Counted from the first letter of the stretch, positions 1 through 9,205 are shown. The stretch is 32,000 bases of DNA from Akkermansia muciniphila ATCC BAA-835 (GCF_000020225.1 NC_010655.1:2070001-2102000); one strand, 5' to 3'. Translations and numbers: made by a program. The notes: a model not told the origin generated them from the sequence alone.

Positions 1-1016
1 CCGGATAATTGGATCAGGTGCGCCCACAGACCGGGAGAGAGGTGATTCTTTTTCACGGCTCCGTTGACGAACACCTTGTCCGTAACGTCATAGCACTCGT
101 CAAAGTGGTTGGATTCGAAATCCTGTTCTACCGCGGCGGGAGATTCCAGAAGCACTTCGGAGGCTCCTTCCCGAACGGGCTTCCAGGCGGTGCGTTTGGA
201 AACGGCTTCCTGCCATGCCTGGACAGCTTCTTCGCTCTTGTCCGTCACAATCTTGGAACGGAAAGCCTCAAAAGTCATGTTGGCAAATTTGGTGCGATGC
301 AGGTTCATCAGGGCGGACTGGTAGCCGTGCCAATTAACGGGACCTATCAGCTCGTTGTTTAAGGAACATTTGGCAATGGCTTTGAAATCTCCTTTTGGAG
401 CTTCCACTTCCTGTTCTACGGATTCGTAATATTTGGGCATCCAGGTGGACTGCCAGAGGTGTTTGACGGCCTCCTGTCGGGAAATAAAGCAGGCGCCGTC
501 GCCATGCTTGCAATGGTACAGATCCGGGCCGTTTTCCTGCTTCATGAATACCAGGTCATAACGGTCGTAGGAACCCATGACCACCTTGGCAAGGTCCAGC
601 AGGGAAATGGTGCGGCGGTGTTTCTGTACTTCCTGGTGCAGGGCAGCCAGGCCGGAATCCACGGGGCGCAGCTCCACGCGCAGGCCTTCCGTCGGTTCCT
701 CCATGGTGGAGCGGGGAGTTTGATCGCGGCGGTTGCGGAGGGAGCCGCGCGTGCGGTCTTCCCGGTTAAACCTTCTTTCGCCGCTTTGACCGTCAACACG
801 ACGTTCCCCCCGGGGCTGGCGGCCTTCACGGTTGTCGCGCCGCGGTCGGCGGTCGCCTCCCTGCCTGTCTCCGGACCTGCGTTCCGGGTAGGATACAGGC
901 CGTTCCTGACGGGCTCCCGGTCTCGCCCAGGCCGGACCAAATTGAAAGTCGGCCAAGCCGGAAAGGTCCGGAATCTGCTGCTTGGGGTCTGTGGAAGGAG
1001 TTTCGTCGGTCATCAT
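1..1016 (-). CDS. hypothetical protein, 3'-truncated by the window edge; Arg/Asp/Glu-rich low-complexity N-terminus followed by a globular part
   Basis: Absent from the ORF track because there is no stop inside the window. The reverse strand is open from ATGATG (1016/1013) to base 1 (338 codons; frame checked by hand at three places). Sequence: MMTDETPSTDPKQQIPDLSGLADFQFGPAWARPG..GDRRPRRDNREGRQPRGERR..LYHCKHGDGACFISRQEAVKHLWQSTWMPKYYESVEQE.. No family recognised. Confidence 0.6.
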   Translation of the reverse strand, partial: MMTDETPSTDPKQQIPDLSGLADFQFGPAWARPGARQERPVSYPERRSGDRQGGDRRPRRDNREGRQPRGERRVDGQSGERRFNREDRTRGSLRNRRDQTPRSTMEEPTEGLRVELRPVDSGLAALHQEVQKHRRTISLLDLAKVVMGSYDRYDLVFMKQENGPDLYHCKHGDGACFISRQEAVKHLWQSTWMPKYYESVEQEVEAPKGDFKAIAKCSLNNELIGPVNWHGYQSALMNLHRTKFANMTFEAFRSKIVTDKSEEAVQAWQEAVSKRTAWKPVREGASEVLLESPAAVEQDFESNHFDECYDVTDKVFVNGAVKKNHLSPGLWAHLIQLS

Positions 1017-1160
1017 GTACGGGTTGTTTCAATAGCAACTAAATGAGGTGGATGGCAATCATTTTACGTGCAAACAGACCGAAAATTGTTCAAAATGTCA
1101 TGAAAGGCATCTGGAAATGCAACTATTTCCGGTGTATCCTTTCAACTCAACTTCTGTCAA

Positions 1161-1631
1161 ATGCTCTATATGGATAAAATACGTCAACGACTTTCCGACC
1201 TTGGTTACGCCATTTACGATGCTCCCGCTCCCGTAGGCTCCTATGTGCAATGCGTACGCACGGGCAACCTGCTTCACCTCTCCGGCGGCATTTCCGTGAA
1301 CGGGGACGACAAATACTTTGGCAAAGTAGGGCAGGAGCTGACGGTGGAAGAAGGTCAGGCCGCTGCGCGCGCCGCTATTTTGAATCGTCTGGCCGTTATT
1401 GTGCAGGTGGTGGGGTCTCTGGAAAAAGTATCCCGAATCGTGGCCGTGAACGGATTTGTGAATGCCGGCCCGGATTTTTATGACCATCCTAAAGTATTGA
1501 ATGGCGCATCCGACCTGCTGGTGGAAGCCTTTGGAGAAATTGGCCGCCACAGCCGTACGGCGGTAGGCGTATCCGCCCTGCCGCTCAATGTAGCGGTGGA
1601 AATCAGCATGGTGGTGGAAGTTCGTGATTAA
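1161..1631 (+). CDS. RidA/YjgF/UK114-family (endoribonuclease L-PSP-like) protein
   Basis: 156-aa ORF of typical size with family-like sequence (..GNLLHLSGGISVN.., C-terminal ..RTAVGVSALPLNVAVEISMVVEV). A second ATG at 1170 is an alternative start. Confidence 0.85.
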   Translation: MLYMDKIRQRLSDLGYAIYDAPAPVGSYVQCVRTGNLLHLSGGISVNGDDKYFGKVGQELTVEEGQAAARAAILNRLAVIVQVVGSLEKVSRIVAVNGFVNAGPDFYDHPKVLNGASDLLVEAFGEIGRHSRTAVGVSALPLNVAVEISMVVEVRD

Positions 1632-1658
1632 TATTTAAAAACCGGAAGGGATTCGTGC

Positions 1659-1686
1659 TTGAATCCCGGCGGCATTCCTGTAGAGT
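1659..1686 (+). promoter_or_regulatory. sigma70-like promoter for tRNA-Leu
   Basis: TTGAAT (1659-1664), 16-nt spacer, TAGAGT (1681-1686), about 15 nt upstream of the tRNA 5' end. Confidence 0.4.
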
Positions 1687-1700
1687 GCCGTCCGGTCAAT

Positions 1701-1783
1701 GCCCCCGTGGCGGAATGGTAGACGCTGCAGACTTAAAATCTGTTGTCCGCAAGGACGTACCGGTTCGAGTCCGGTCGGGGGTA
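1701..1783 (+). tRNA. tRNA-Leu(UAA), class II with long variable arm, no encoded CCA
   Basis: GCCCCCGTGGCGGAATGGTAGACGC..CTTAAAA..GGTTCGAGTCCGGTCGGGGGTA. The cloverleaf folds by hand: 7-bp acceptor with G1-U72, anticodon loop CU-UAA-AA, T-loop GGTTCGAGTCC. Confidence 0.9.
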
Positions 1784-1813
1784 CTTTATCGAGATTAAAT
1801 CTTGTAAATAAAA

Positions 1814-1840
1814 AGCCCGCTGTTTGCGGGCCTTTTTGTT
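1814..1840 (+). terminator. rho-independent terminator after tRNA-Leu
   Basis: GCCCGC (1815-1820) / GCGGGC (1826-1831) hairpin followed by TTTTT. Confidence 0.7.
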
Positions 1841-2038
1841 TTGCTTCAATATCATTTGCTGGCTGATTCTCCATCAATAATTTTTGTTTTCCCGGATGAG
1901 TAAAACAAGGATGGTGGTGTTTCGTGGCTATTCTTGTCATGAAATGCAGAAAGCAGAGAGAAGAATGTTGAGTGGAAACAGTTCTGAAAAAAGAGTTTGT
2001 AACAGGGCGCCTCAGGCTGAAAAATAGAAATACGGAGT

Positions 2039-2758
2039 ATGAAATTGTTGGGTATCTTCCGGTCTGGAAAATCAGATGGTTCATGGCGCCCTGGAAAAAA
2101 GGGAATGCTGCTGGCGTTGAAAATAGCAGGAGGCATGTTTGCGGGAGCGGTTGTGGTATGCGTTGCCGCAGAATGGTACATTTATTCCGTTTCAGAGGGC
2201 AGGATTGTTGAGCATTCCAGGGATGTTCCCGTTCGTGCTCCTGTTCTGGTGTTAGGATGCTCCCCAACATTCATGGGGAGCCCTAACGGATATTTCCATA
2301 ACAGGATGGATACGGCCTCGGAACTTTGGAAAGATGGAAAAGCAACGGTTTTCATCGTTTCCGGAGATAATAGTTCTCATGCTTACAATGAACCGGAATG
2401 GATGAAACAGGCTCTGGTGGAACGTGGCGTTCCAGAGGAACGGATTGTATGTGACTTTGCGGGATTGCGGACTTTGGATTCTGTCGTGAGGATGAAGGAA
2501 ATTTTCGGCGTTTCGACGATGATTGTTGTTTCTCAGGAATTTCATAATGAACGCGCCCTGGCAATCGCAGCGCATGAGGGGATGGCGGCCTGGGCCGTCA
2601 GCGCGCCGGATGTTCCCAACCGCCGTTCCCGTATGAAAAGCTGGTTCAGGGAGCGTGCGGCCCGCGTATGGATGATGCTGGACTTGTGGGTTTGGAGCCG
2701 TGAACCCCGTTTTTTGGGAGAACCTGTGGTTTTGCCGGAAATAAAAGAGGAAAAATGA
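2039..2758 (+). CDS. sanA: SanA (DUF218/YdcF-family, vancomycin high-temperature exclusion protein homolog)
   Basis: 239 aa, the same length as E. coli SanA as I remember it. It has an N-terminal TM helix and the remembered conserved blocks VSGDN..YNEP, DFAGLRTLDS and REPRFLGEP. Confidence 0.88.
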   Translation: MKLLGIFRSGKSDGSWRPGKKGMLLALKIAGGMFAGAVVVCVAAEWYIYSVSEGRIVEHSRDVPVRAPVLVLGCSPTFMGSPNGYFHNRMDTASELWKDGKATVFIVSGDNSSHAYNEPEWMKQALVERGVPEERIVCDFAGLRTLDSVVRMKEIFGVSTMIVVSQEFHNERALAIAAHEGMAAWAVSAPDVPNRRSRMKSWFRERAARVWMMLDLWVWSREPRFLGEPVVLPEIKEEK

Positions 2759-3215
2759 ACAATACTTCATGCGGCAGGGCTCGTCATAAGATGTCTTTGA
2801 TGCGGTACGGCAACCCAGAAGGAGGGTGTGCCCGCGCCTCGAATCATTAAATGCTGAATGGTCCAATCATGTCGGCTACGTGGGATGATTTGCCATGAAG
2901 ATGAACAAGGCCAGAAAGCCTGAGTGAACAATTCGTCATGAAGACGGTCGGAGGTGGTGGCCGTACGTTTCATTGTCCTTCATGGAAGAAACAGGTGCAA
3001 TCCTTCCCCTTATCTTATGCGTATGGGTGGGCAACGGTTGAAAAAAGGATGGTTGGGAAACATCAGCAAGCTGATGCTCTGGTCGGAATAAGCTTGCCTC
3101 CATGTCTTGGGAATAAAACACTCCGGAACAGGTTCTGTTGCGTTTTGATGCGGCTGACGCTCCCTGTTGGAATTCCGTATTTGATTAAAAAGGGGAAAGG
3201 ATACGGTAAAAATCA

Positions 3216-3243
3216 TTGACTCTTTCCGGGAAAGTGCTATGCA
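3216..3243 (+). promoter_or_regulatory. possible sigma70-like promoter for the tRNA-Glu-like gene
   Basis: TTGACT (3216-3221), 16-nt spacer, TATGCA (3238-3243). The -35 hexamer is the same as upstream of tRNA-Ser and tRNA-Arg in this window. The -10 is weak. Confidence 0.3.
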
Positions 3244-3290
3244 GATTTCAGTGCTTTGTGAAAAGCAGGCTGTTTTATTCCGGCTGTCAT

Positions 3291-3366
3291 GTTCCCTTCT
3301 TCTAGCGGTCAGGAAGGCCGTCTCTCCAACGGCAAAGGCTCGGTTCAACTCCGGCAGGGAATGCCA
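3291..3366 (+). tRNA. tRNA-Glu(CUC)-like gene with encoded CCA (atypical C37 and C49-C65 mismatch)
   Basis: 76 nt fold by hand into a full cloverleaf. Acceptor GTTCCCT/AGGGAAT (G1-U72), U8, D-stem TTCT/GGAA with A14, GG and A21. The anticodon stem GCCGT/ACGGC is perfect, with loop C-U-CUC-C-A. T-arm is CTCGG-TTCAACT-CCGGC, then discriminator G and CCA. It lies in a 680-bp gap with no credible ORF. Confidence 0.6.
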
Positions 3367-3438
3367 TCCGGCAGCCATGTTTTGTTTCCTGCCGTGAAGA
3401 GGCGGTAAATTGCATCAGGAAAAGCAAGCTACGGGGAG

Positions 3439-4431
3439 TTATGATGGAAATACGCTTTCTATGACTTTCCCCGTCCATTCCGGTAGTGGCTTTCCTCCGA
3501 ATAAATGAAGAAGCATGGGAGCGGTATTGGTGGTATTGTTTGGTTCGGAAATCAGGAAATTTCTCTTAATGCCCGGACCTGAAATTCCCCATGGAACTAT
3601 CATTTCCGCTGCGCTCGTCCCCCCGTGGCCCTTTCCGATTCCCCCATGATCCGTCAGAAATAGAAAATGCGTATCGTTGAATAAGTCTTCCTGCCTCAAT
3701 TTCTGAAAAAAGATTCCAATTTGCTGATCCGCCTCTTCAATAGATTGAAGGTATTCTCTGGACATCCAGCCGTATTTGTGCCCCGCATGATCTGTATGAA
3801 CGGAATAGAGAAAAACCACAGTCGGGTTGTAGCGGTGTTTCTTGACGAATTGGAAAGCCTGATGGTAATTGGAAGCATAGGCGTCGTTTGCCAGGTACTT
3901 GATTTCATCCAGGTATTTTTTGTTGAACGGATAGGCAAGAGGTTTCCAATTATAGTAAAAAGCTGTTTTGCAGGAAGGCTGGCATTTTTTCAGGGCCTGG
4001 AATACGGAGGGATAATATCCGTCTTCGTCTCTCCGTACGGCGGGGTAGGAGGAATTTGCCGGCGTCCAGTTATTATTGAAGACTCCGTGCTGTTCCGGGC
4101 CGCTGCCGGTTAAGTGACTGGTCCAGTTAGGTAACGTGACGGAGGGCATCACAACCCGCGTATCCAGAGAAAAAGCTCCCTGTGACATCATTCCTTTTAA
4201 AGAGGGCGCATGCGCCTTTTGAAAACCTTCCACACAAATACCGTCCAGGGAAATCATGATCACTCTTTTGGCGGAATTATCGGAAGTTCTATCTGGTACG
4301 GAATTTCTGGGAATGCCGGAATCATATTGTGTAGCGGCAAGGGCTGTATTGCCCGTTGTCATTCCTGCTGCCGCCAGGCCTAATTTATTCAGGAAATTCC
4401 GGCGTGTTGTTTGATGATAAGAGTTTTCCAT
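3439..4431 (-). CDS. Tat-exported type I phosphodiesterase / nucleotide pyrophosphatase (ENPP, alkaline-phosphatase superfamily)
   Basis: 330 aa with a twin-arginine signal (TRRNFLNKLGLAAAG..ALAA). Metal-site and nucleophile blocks of the family are present: ISLDG, PSVTLPNWTSHLTG, HTDHAGHKYG, LTDHGG, GHGG. Confidence 0.85.
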   Translation of the reverse strand: MENSYHQTTRRNFLNKLGLAAAGMTTGNTALAATQYDSGIPRNSVPDRTSDNSAKRVIMISLDGICVEGFQKAHAPSLKGMMSQGAFSLDTRVVMPSVTLPNWTSHLTGSGPEQHGVFNNNWTPANSSYPAVRRDEDGYYPSVFQALKKCQPSCKTAFYYNWKPLAYPFNKKYLDEIKYLANDAYASNYHQAFQFVKKHRYNPTVVFLYSVHTDHAGHKYGWMSREYLQSIEEADQQIGIFFQKLRQEDLFNDTHFLFLTDHGGIGKGHGGTSAAEMIVPWGISGPGIKRNFLISEPNNTTNTAPMLLHLFGGKPLPEWTGKVIESVFPS

Positions 4432-5032
4432 ATAAAGTACATACTGTTGGCTTGAAGTATTTTTATCAACGCTTCTGGATATTCGGGAAGCTCATTTCAT
4501 CGTATAGTTTTTTACGGACAGGGGCCGAATCCGGGTTTCAAAGCAATTTTTCCAATAATTTGTTCCTTTCCTGTGATAGAATGGTTTTATAGAGAAAGGA
4601 TATCATCATTTATTGTATTCAAATAGTTAAGTGGGTGTGACAATATAGGAATGCTCCGCAGGCTGTCTCATCTGCGATTTAGGCAAAGCATCTTCCATAC
4701 GCTTCAAACGAGGGGGCATATCATATTTGTTACGGGCCGTATCCTCATCAATGTTGGCCAAAATGCCGGGCGGGAGCGGGGACTTTCAATCTGGACGTTT
4801 TACACAGGATGACATTTTCCGCGAGCTGGAGCAGATTTTTCAAGGAAGTGGGTGTTACGCGCTGCCGTGTGGTGCAGTCAGCTCCCTGAAGAAAGATCAG
4901 CCGGAGGCAGACAAATATCCCTGATGTTATTCCTCCAACAAGACGGGACAAGCCCGGCAGGTGTGGGTGTTTGCCAGCCATCACGATGCTCGCGCCGCCA
5001 TTATTAAATCAGCCAATTAGCATAATGATACC

Positions 5033-5440
5033 ATGAGAGAGATACAAATACAGTTTTCCAAGCCCGGTAACTGGAGGGAATTCACACTAACAGCCATCTA
5101 CCAGGATTCGGATGGATATACCCGCATAGACCGCTATAAACAGAATGATATACCGTCCGGGCAGGCCCCGGCTTTGAGCGCGGCTGTAGCCGTCATTGCA
5201 GACATGGAAGAGGACTGGCAAGCCGTCCAGGTATGGGCAAGGCTGGGAAATACCTCTGTTCTCAATAATTCCGCAGAAGACGATGAGGCCGTTGAGTTTC
5301 GTGAAGCAGTTCTACTGACGATTGAGGCTGTCAATAGCCTCGGGGGCCGCCGTATTTTTACCCCCGGTAATTATGCGCAGTTCATACTGATGGATTTTGC
5401 CTCCATATCGTTTTTCAAGTATTTTACCATCAGAAAATAA
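5033..5440 (+). CDS. hypothetical protein (orphan)
   Basis: 135-aa ORF and the only sizeable ORF between the phosphodiesterase gene and ssrA. No recognisable motifs. Confidence 0.4.
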   Translation: MREIQIQFSKPGNWREFTLTAIYQDSDGYTRIDRYKQNDIPSGQAPALSAAVAVIADMEEDWQAVQVWARLGNTSVLNNSAEDDEAVEFREAVLLTIEAVNSLGGRRIFTPGNYAQFILMDFASISFFKYFTIRK

Positions 5441-5820
5441 TAAGGATATCAGCAAATAAGATTGTTGGACTGACTGCATGATTGCGGCAGACTGGGGGAT
5501 ATGTGATGCAGTGTTTTTTCCGGACAAGGCGTTTCCGGATTTATCGATGCATTGCAACAGTTTTAAATGGAAAAGATGTTCCTCCCAGGCAGGAGAGGAT
5601 CAAAAACAGGGAATCAATGACAGTAACCCCATGAGTGACGTAAAGCAGTTCTTGGTCAACGTTGGGAACAAGAAGGGCCTGGTCTGTCGTGATGCCTCAA
5701 AAATTGCAGATTCCCTTATGCTCTGATGTTTATCGGAAAACCTGGATGGAGTATCGTCATGCGGCTTTAAAAATACAGTACATTGTTTCTAAAAGCCGTT
5801 ATCATGTACTGCGGTTCTAT

Positions 5821-5868
5821 AAAAACAACAACCGCAAGCATTCTATTTCAAACGCTTGCGGTTGTTTT
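5821..5868 (-). terminator. rho-independent terminator downstream of tmRNA (structure is bidirectional)
   Basis: 13-bp stem AACAACCGCAAGC (5827-5839) / GCTTGCGGTTGTT (5854-5866). A T-run follows on the minus strand (complement of AAAAA 5821-5825) and TTTT on the plus strand. Confidence 0.65.
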
Positions 5869-5872
5869 GAAA

Positions 5873-6232
5873 TGGTGGAGGCGACGGGAGTCGAACCCGT
5901 GTCCTGAAGGCCATTGATGACAGCATCTCCATGTTCAGACGCATATTGCTGCTTTCGCGGCTGCTTCGCTATGCGTCAACTAGGCAAGCTCGCTAGTTGC
6001 CTGTGGAAGTCTCGTGCGTTGCGCGGCAACCCCGCATTGCACCAGCCTGCTGTGTCTTCGTCGTCCCCTCTAGCAGGCGTTGAGGTTCTGACGCGGCTGA
6101 ACTAATTAGGCAGCCAGAGCAAGGTCGTTAGACTCTGCATTTATTTTTTTAATCGGCTTTTTAGAAGGCCAGCCGATTAACCTTCACATGCAGCCAGCAC
6201 CGCAGACTTCCAGTCGAAACCATGGCGCCCCC
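5873..6232 (-). ncRNA. ssrA: tmRNA (SsrA), tag reading frame AESNDLALAA-stop at 6138..6106
   Basis: The reverse strand starts GGGGGCGCCATGGTTTCGAC and ends GGAGTCGAACCCGTCGCCTCCACCA. The acceptor GGGGGCG/CGCCTCC has the G3-U70 alanine identity pair. Internal ..AAUAAAU GCA GAG UCU AAC GAC CUU GCU CUG GCU GCC UAA gives a canonical ..ALAA degradation tag. Confidence 0.92.
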
Positions 6233-6313
6233 ATATGTATTTACCAGTAGAGACAAAAAATCCCGCCGTGATGTTCAGGCAGGAATCATTTTATTTGCTG
6301 GCAGTGATGCAAG

Positions 6314-6390
<77 letters not shown>

Positions 6391-6427
6391 TTTGACTTGC
6401 GTCGTGTACCGCGTAAGCGGTGAAGGA

Positions 6428-6455
6428 AATATAGATTTTTCTTCGGGAAAGTCAA
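6428..6455 (-). promoter_or_regulatory. sigma70-like promoter for tRNA-Arg (possibly also tmRNA)
   Basis: On the reverse strand: TTGACT (6455-6450), 16-nt spacer, TATATT (6433-6428), about 35 nt upstream of the tRNA 5' end. Confidence 0.45.
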
Positions 6456-6602
6456 GATGTTTGTAAGATGATTTGAGAAAAAAATCATTTTTCTCTTTTT
6501 GGGAGAATAAATTTTCAGAGAAAGAACCGTTAACTGAGGGGTGGAGAAAAAGGGGAAAGGCGTTGCGCCATGGAATGGCCTGTGGCACACTAAACGGAGA
6601 AA

Positions 6603-8753
6603 ATGAGCGAGTTCAAGGTGATCAGGTCGCCGATGGAGGCATTGAAGAAGTACTTCGGCTTTTCCTGCTTGAGGGAGGGCCAGGATCAAGTGGTGGCTTC
6701 CATTATGGAAGGCCGCAATGTATTGGTCGTGATGCCCACGGGAGGAGGAAAATCCCTGTGTTACCAGCTTCCCTCCTTGTGCCGGGACGGGGTTTGCCTG
6801 GTTGTCAGTCCTCTAATCGCTTTAATGAAAGATCAGGTGGATGCTCTTGTCGCCAGAGGGATTCCCGCCACCATGATTAACAGCTCCCTGAGTTTTCCTG
6901 AGCAAAAGGAACGTTTGGAAGGAATGAAGAAGGGTGCGTTCAAGCTGGTATATGTGGCTCCTGAACGTTTTGGTCATGAAGGGTTCATGCATGCTCTGGC
7001 GGAGGTGGATGTAAATATGGTGGCTGTGGATGAAGCGCATTGCCTGAGCCAGTGGGGGCACGATTTCCGTCCGGATTATCTGAAGCTGGGAAAAGCTGTT
7101 GAAATGATGGGGCGGCCTCAGGTGGCTGCTCTGACCGCCACGGCTACTCCGCGGGTGCGGGAAGATATTCTGAAACATTTGGGGCTGGATGATCCGGTGA
7201 CGATCGTACGAGGGTTTGCGCGGGAAAACCTGCATTTCCGCATTACTGCGTGCGATACGCACAAAGACAAATACAAGAGGCTGTACGAATTGGTGAAGCG
7301 TTACAAGACGGGTATTATTTATTGCTCCACCCGCAAAAAAGTGGAGCAGGTATATGAGGCTCTTTCCGATTTTGGATTGAGCGTGACAGCCTATCACGCA
7401 GGCATGACGGATGAACAGAGAGAGGAAGCCCAGAACGCTTTCATGAACCGCCATGCGGATATTGTTATTGCCACGAATGCTTTTGGAATGGGCATTGACC
7501 GTGCGGACGTCAGGTTTGTTGCCCATTTTGAGATTCCCGGCAGTGTGGAGGCCTATTATCAGGAGGCCGGCCGAGCCGGACGAGACGGGGAGGAGGCTTA
7601 TTGCGAACTTTTGTTCAACCATGCGGATTTGCGGACCCAGGAATTTTTTATTGAAGGAGTGAATCCGGGAATTCCATTGATTGTGGAGCTGTACGAGTTG
7701 CTCAGGAAGCATTGCAGCGCGGAAACCCACGATGTCATGTGGTCTCTGGAGGAAATGGCGGAGCGTCTCAAATGCCGCAATGCCATGCAGGTGGGAGCTG
7801 CTTTATCCGTTCTTATACGCAATGGAGCGATCAGCCGTCATGACGTTCCGGGACAACGCGTGAAGCTTACCAGAGTGACGGATCCTTCCGTAAGCGGCTT
7901 GAAGATTCCTCTGGATGAAGATGCCCTGCGGGAAAAGGAAGTGAGGGACCGGGAAAAACTGAAGGCAATGACGGAGTTCGCTTATTCCTCCGGCTGCCGT
8001 CAGCAATGGATTTTGAATTATTTCGGGGAGGAAGATGGAGTGCCGTGCGGCCGCTGCGACCAGTGCCTGGCCCTGGGCGTTGAGGAAGGCCAATCCCTGG
8101 GAGAAGAAGAGACTTTGGTGGTGCGGCAGGCGTTGAGCGGGATTGCGCGCGCATCCGTGCGTTTGGCTGATGGTTCCTGGCAGGGAAGGTGGGGCAGGAC
8201 GAAAATCATCCAGATGCTCAAAGGGGCGAAAACCCAGGAGTTGTTAAGAACATCCTTGGTCCGGCTGAGTACTTATGGCATCCTTTCCCGATGGAGTGAG
8301 GACGATATCCGCCAGTTGTTCCGTGCCATGCAGATGGCGGGATTGACCAGAATGAGCGGGGAGGCGGACCGTCCCCTGATTACCCTGAGTCCGAAAGGAA
8401 ATGAAGTGATGATGGGGCGCAAGAAGGCATCTTTGGTTTGGCCTTTTGCCCGCCGGGGAAAAATATCCGTATCTATGGAGCAGGCCAGAGTTCGGTCTAC
8501 GGGAAATTTGGCTGCCCTGGGAGAGTTTGACGAGGATTTGTTTTTGAAGTTGAAGGAGCTGAGGAATGAACTGGCACGGGAAGCCGGGATTCCGGCTTAT
8601 GCCGTGTTTCATAATTCTACACTGGAAGGTTTGGCTAGGTTGAAACCTACCACCCGCCGTGGTGCTATGAACGTTCACGGCATTGGAGAGCAGAAAGCTG
8701 CTCGTTACTTGGATGATTTCCTGGAAGTCATTGCCGAGCATTGCGGGGTGTGA
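6603..8753 (+). CDS. recQ: ATP-dependent DNA helicase RecQ (helicase core, Zn-binding RQC, C-terminal HRDC)
   Basis: 716 aa with diagnostic motifs: FGFSCLREGQ, MPTGGGKSLCYQLP, VDEAHCLSQWGHDFRPDY, ALTATAT, IIYCSTRK, ATNAFGMGIDRADVRFVAH, YYQEAGRAGRDG. It also has the Cys cluster CRQQ..CGRCDQC and an HRDC-like tail (LKELRNELAREAGIPAYAVFHNSTLEGLA). Confidence 0.96.
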   Translation: MSEFKVIRSPMEALKKYFGFSCLREGQDQVVASIMEGRNVLVVMPTGGGKSLCYQLPSLCRDGVCLVVSPLIALMKDQVDALVARGIPATMINSSLSFPEQKERLEGMKKGAFKLVYVAPERFGHEGFMHALAEVDVNMVAVDEAHCLSQWGHDFRPDYLKLGKAVEMMGRPQVAALTATATPRVREDILKHLGLDDPVTIVRGFARENLHFRITACDTHKDKYKRLYELVKRYKTGIIYCSTRKKVEQVYEALSDFGLSVTAYHAGMTDEQREEAQNAFMNRHADIVIATNAFGMGIDRADVRFVAHFEIPGSVEAYYQEAGRAGRDGEEAYCELLFNHADLRTQEFFIEGVNPGIPLIVELYELLRKHCSAETHDVMWSLEEMAERLKCRNAMQVGAALSVLIRNGAISRHDVPGQRVKLTRVTDPSVSGLKIPLDEDALREKEVRDREKLKAMTEFAYSSGCRQQWILNYFGEEDGVPCGRCDQCLALGVEEGQSLGEEETLVVRQALSGIARASVRLADGSWQGRWGRTKIIQMLKGAKTQELLRTSLVRLSTYGILSRWSEDDIRQLFRAMQMAGLTRMSGEADRPLITLSPKGNEVMMGRKKASLVWPFARRGKISVSMEQARVRSTGNLAALGEFDEDLFLKLKELRNELAREAGIPAYAVFHNSTLEGLARLKPTTRRGAMNVHGIGEQKAARYLDDFLEVIAEHCGV

Positions 8754-9060
8754 ATTTGTCTTTCCGATTTGCTCCAATCAGGCGTACGCCGTCTCTGGAA
8801 TGTGGTGTTCATGCTGAACTGAGGAACTATTTTTCATGAATTACGGAAAAAATGTTCCATGCTTTGCTAATATATTTGCCGGGAAAATGCGTATTTGTTT
8901 GAATAAATTGTTCATCAACATGAATTTGTGGATATTTTGACTCTTTCCAGAAGGTTGTTTTTCTGACCTCATGGAACAATCAAATGAATGGCTGTCTATC
9001 CCGATCCAGTAGGATCGAGAAGATTGCCTGATCAATATTTTTGACTGTATTATTTATGTA

Positions 9061-9089
9061 TTGACTTCATTTTGGGAAGCGTGTAGTCT
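9061..9089 (+). promoter_or_regulatory. sigma70-like promoter for tRNA-Ser
   Basis: TTGACT (9061-9066), 17-nt spacer, TAGTCT (9084-9089), about 24 nt upstream of the tRNA. Confidence 0.45.
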
Positions 9090-9112
9090 CCTTTCCACAC
9101 ATTACCCAAGAC

Positions 9113-9205
9113 GGAGCGGTGGCTGAGAGGCTGAAAGCACTCCTTTGCTAAAGGAACGTACTGGCAAAACCGGTACCGAGGGTTCGAATCCCTCCCGCTC
9201 CGCCA
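9113..9205 (+). tRNA. tRNA-Ser(GCU), class II, CCA encoded
   Basis: GGAGCGGTGGCTGAGAGGCTGAAAGCACTCCTTTGCTAAAGGAAC..long variable arm..GGGTTCGAATCCCTCCCGCTCCGCCA. Very close in layout to E. coli tRNA-Ser(GCU), with anticodon loop UU-GCU-AA. Confidence 0.9.

Noticed and set aside
2767-3378. Short ORFs in the sanA-to-phosphodiesterase gap (2767..2973-, 2936..3121-, 2938..3219+, 3010..3378-)
   Set aside because: They overlap one another, have no motifs and have odd composition. One of them runs antisense across the tRNA-Glu-like gene. I also looked for RNase P, SRP and 6S hallmarks here and saw none.
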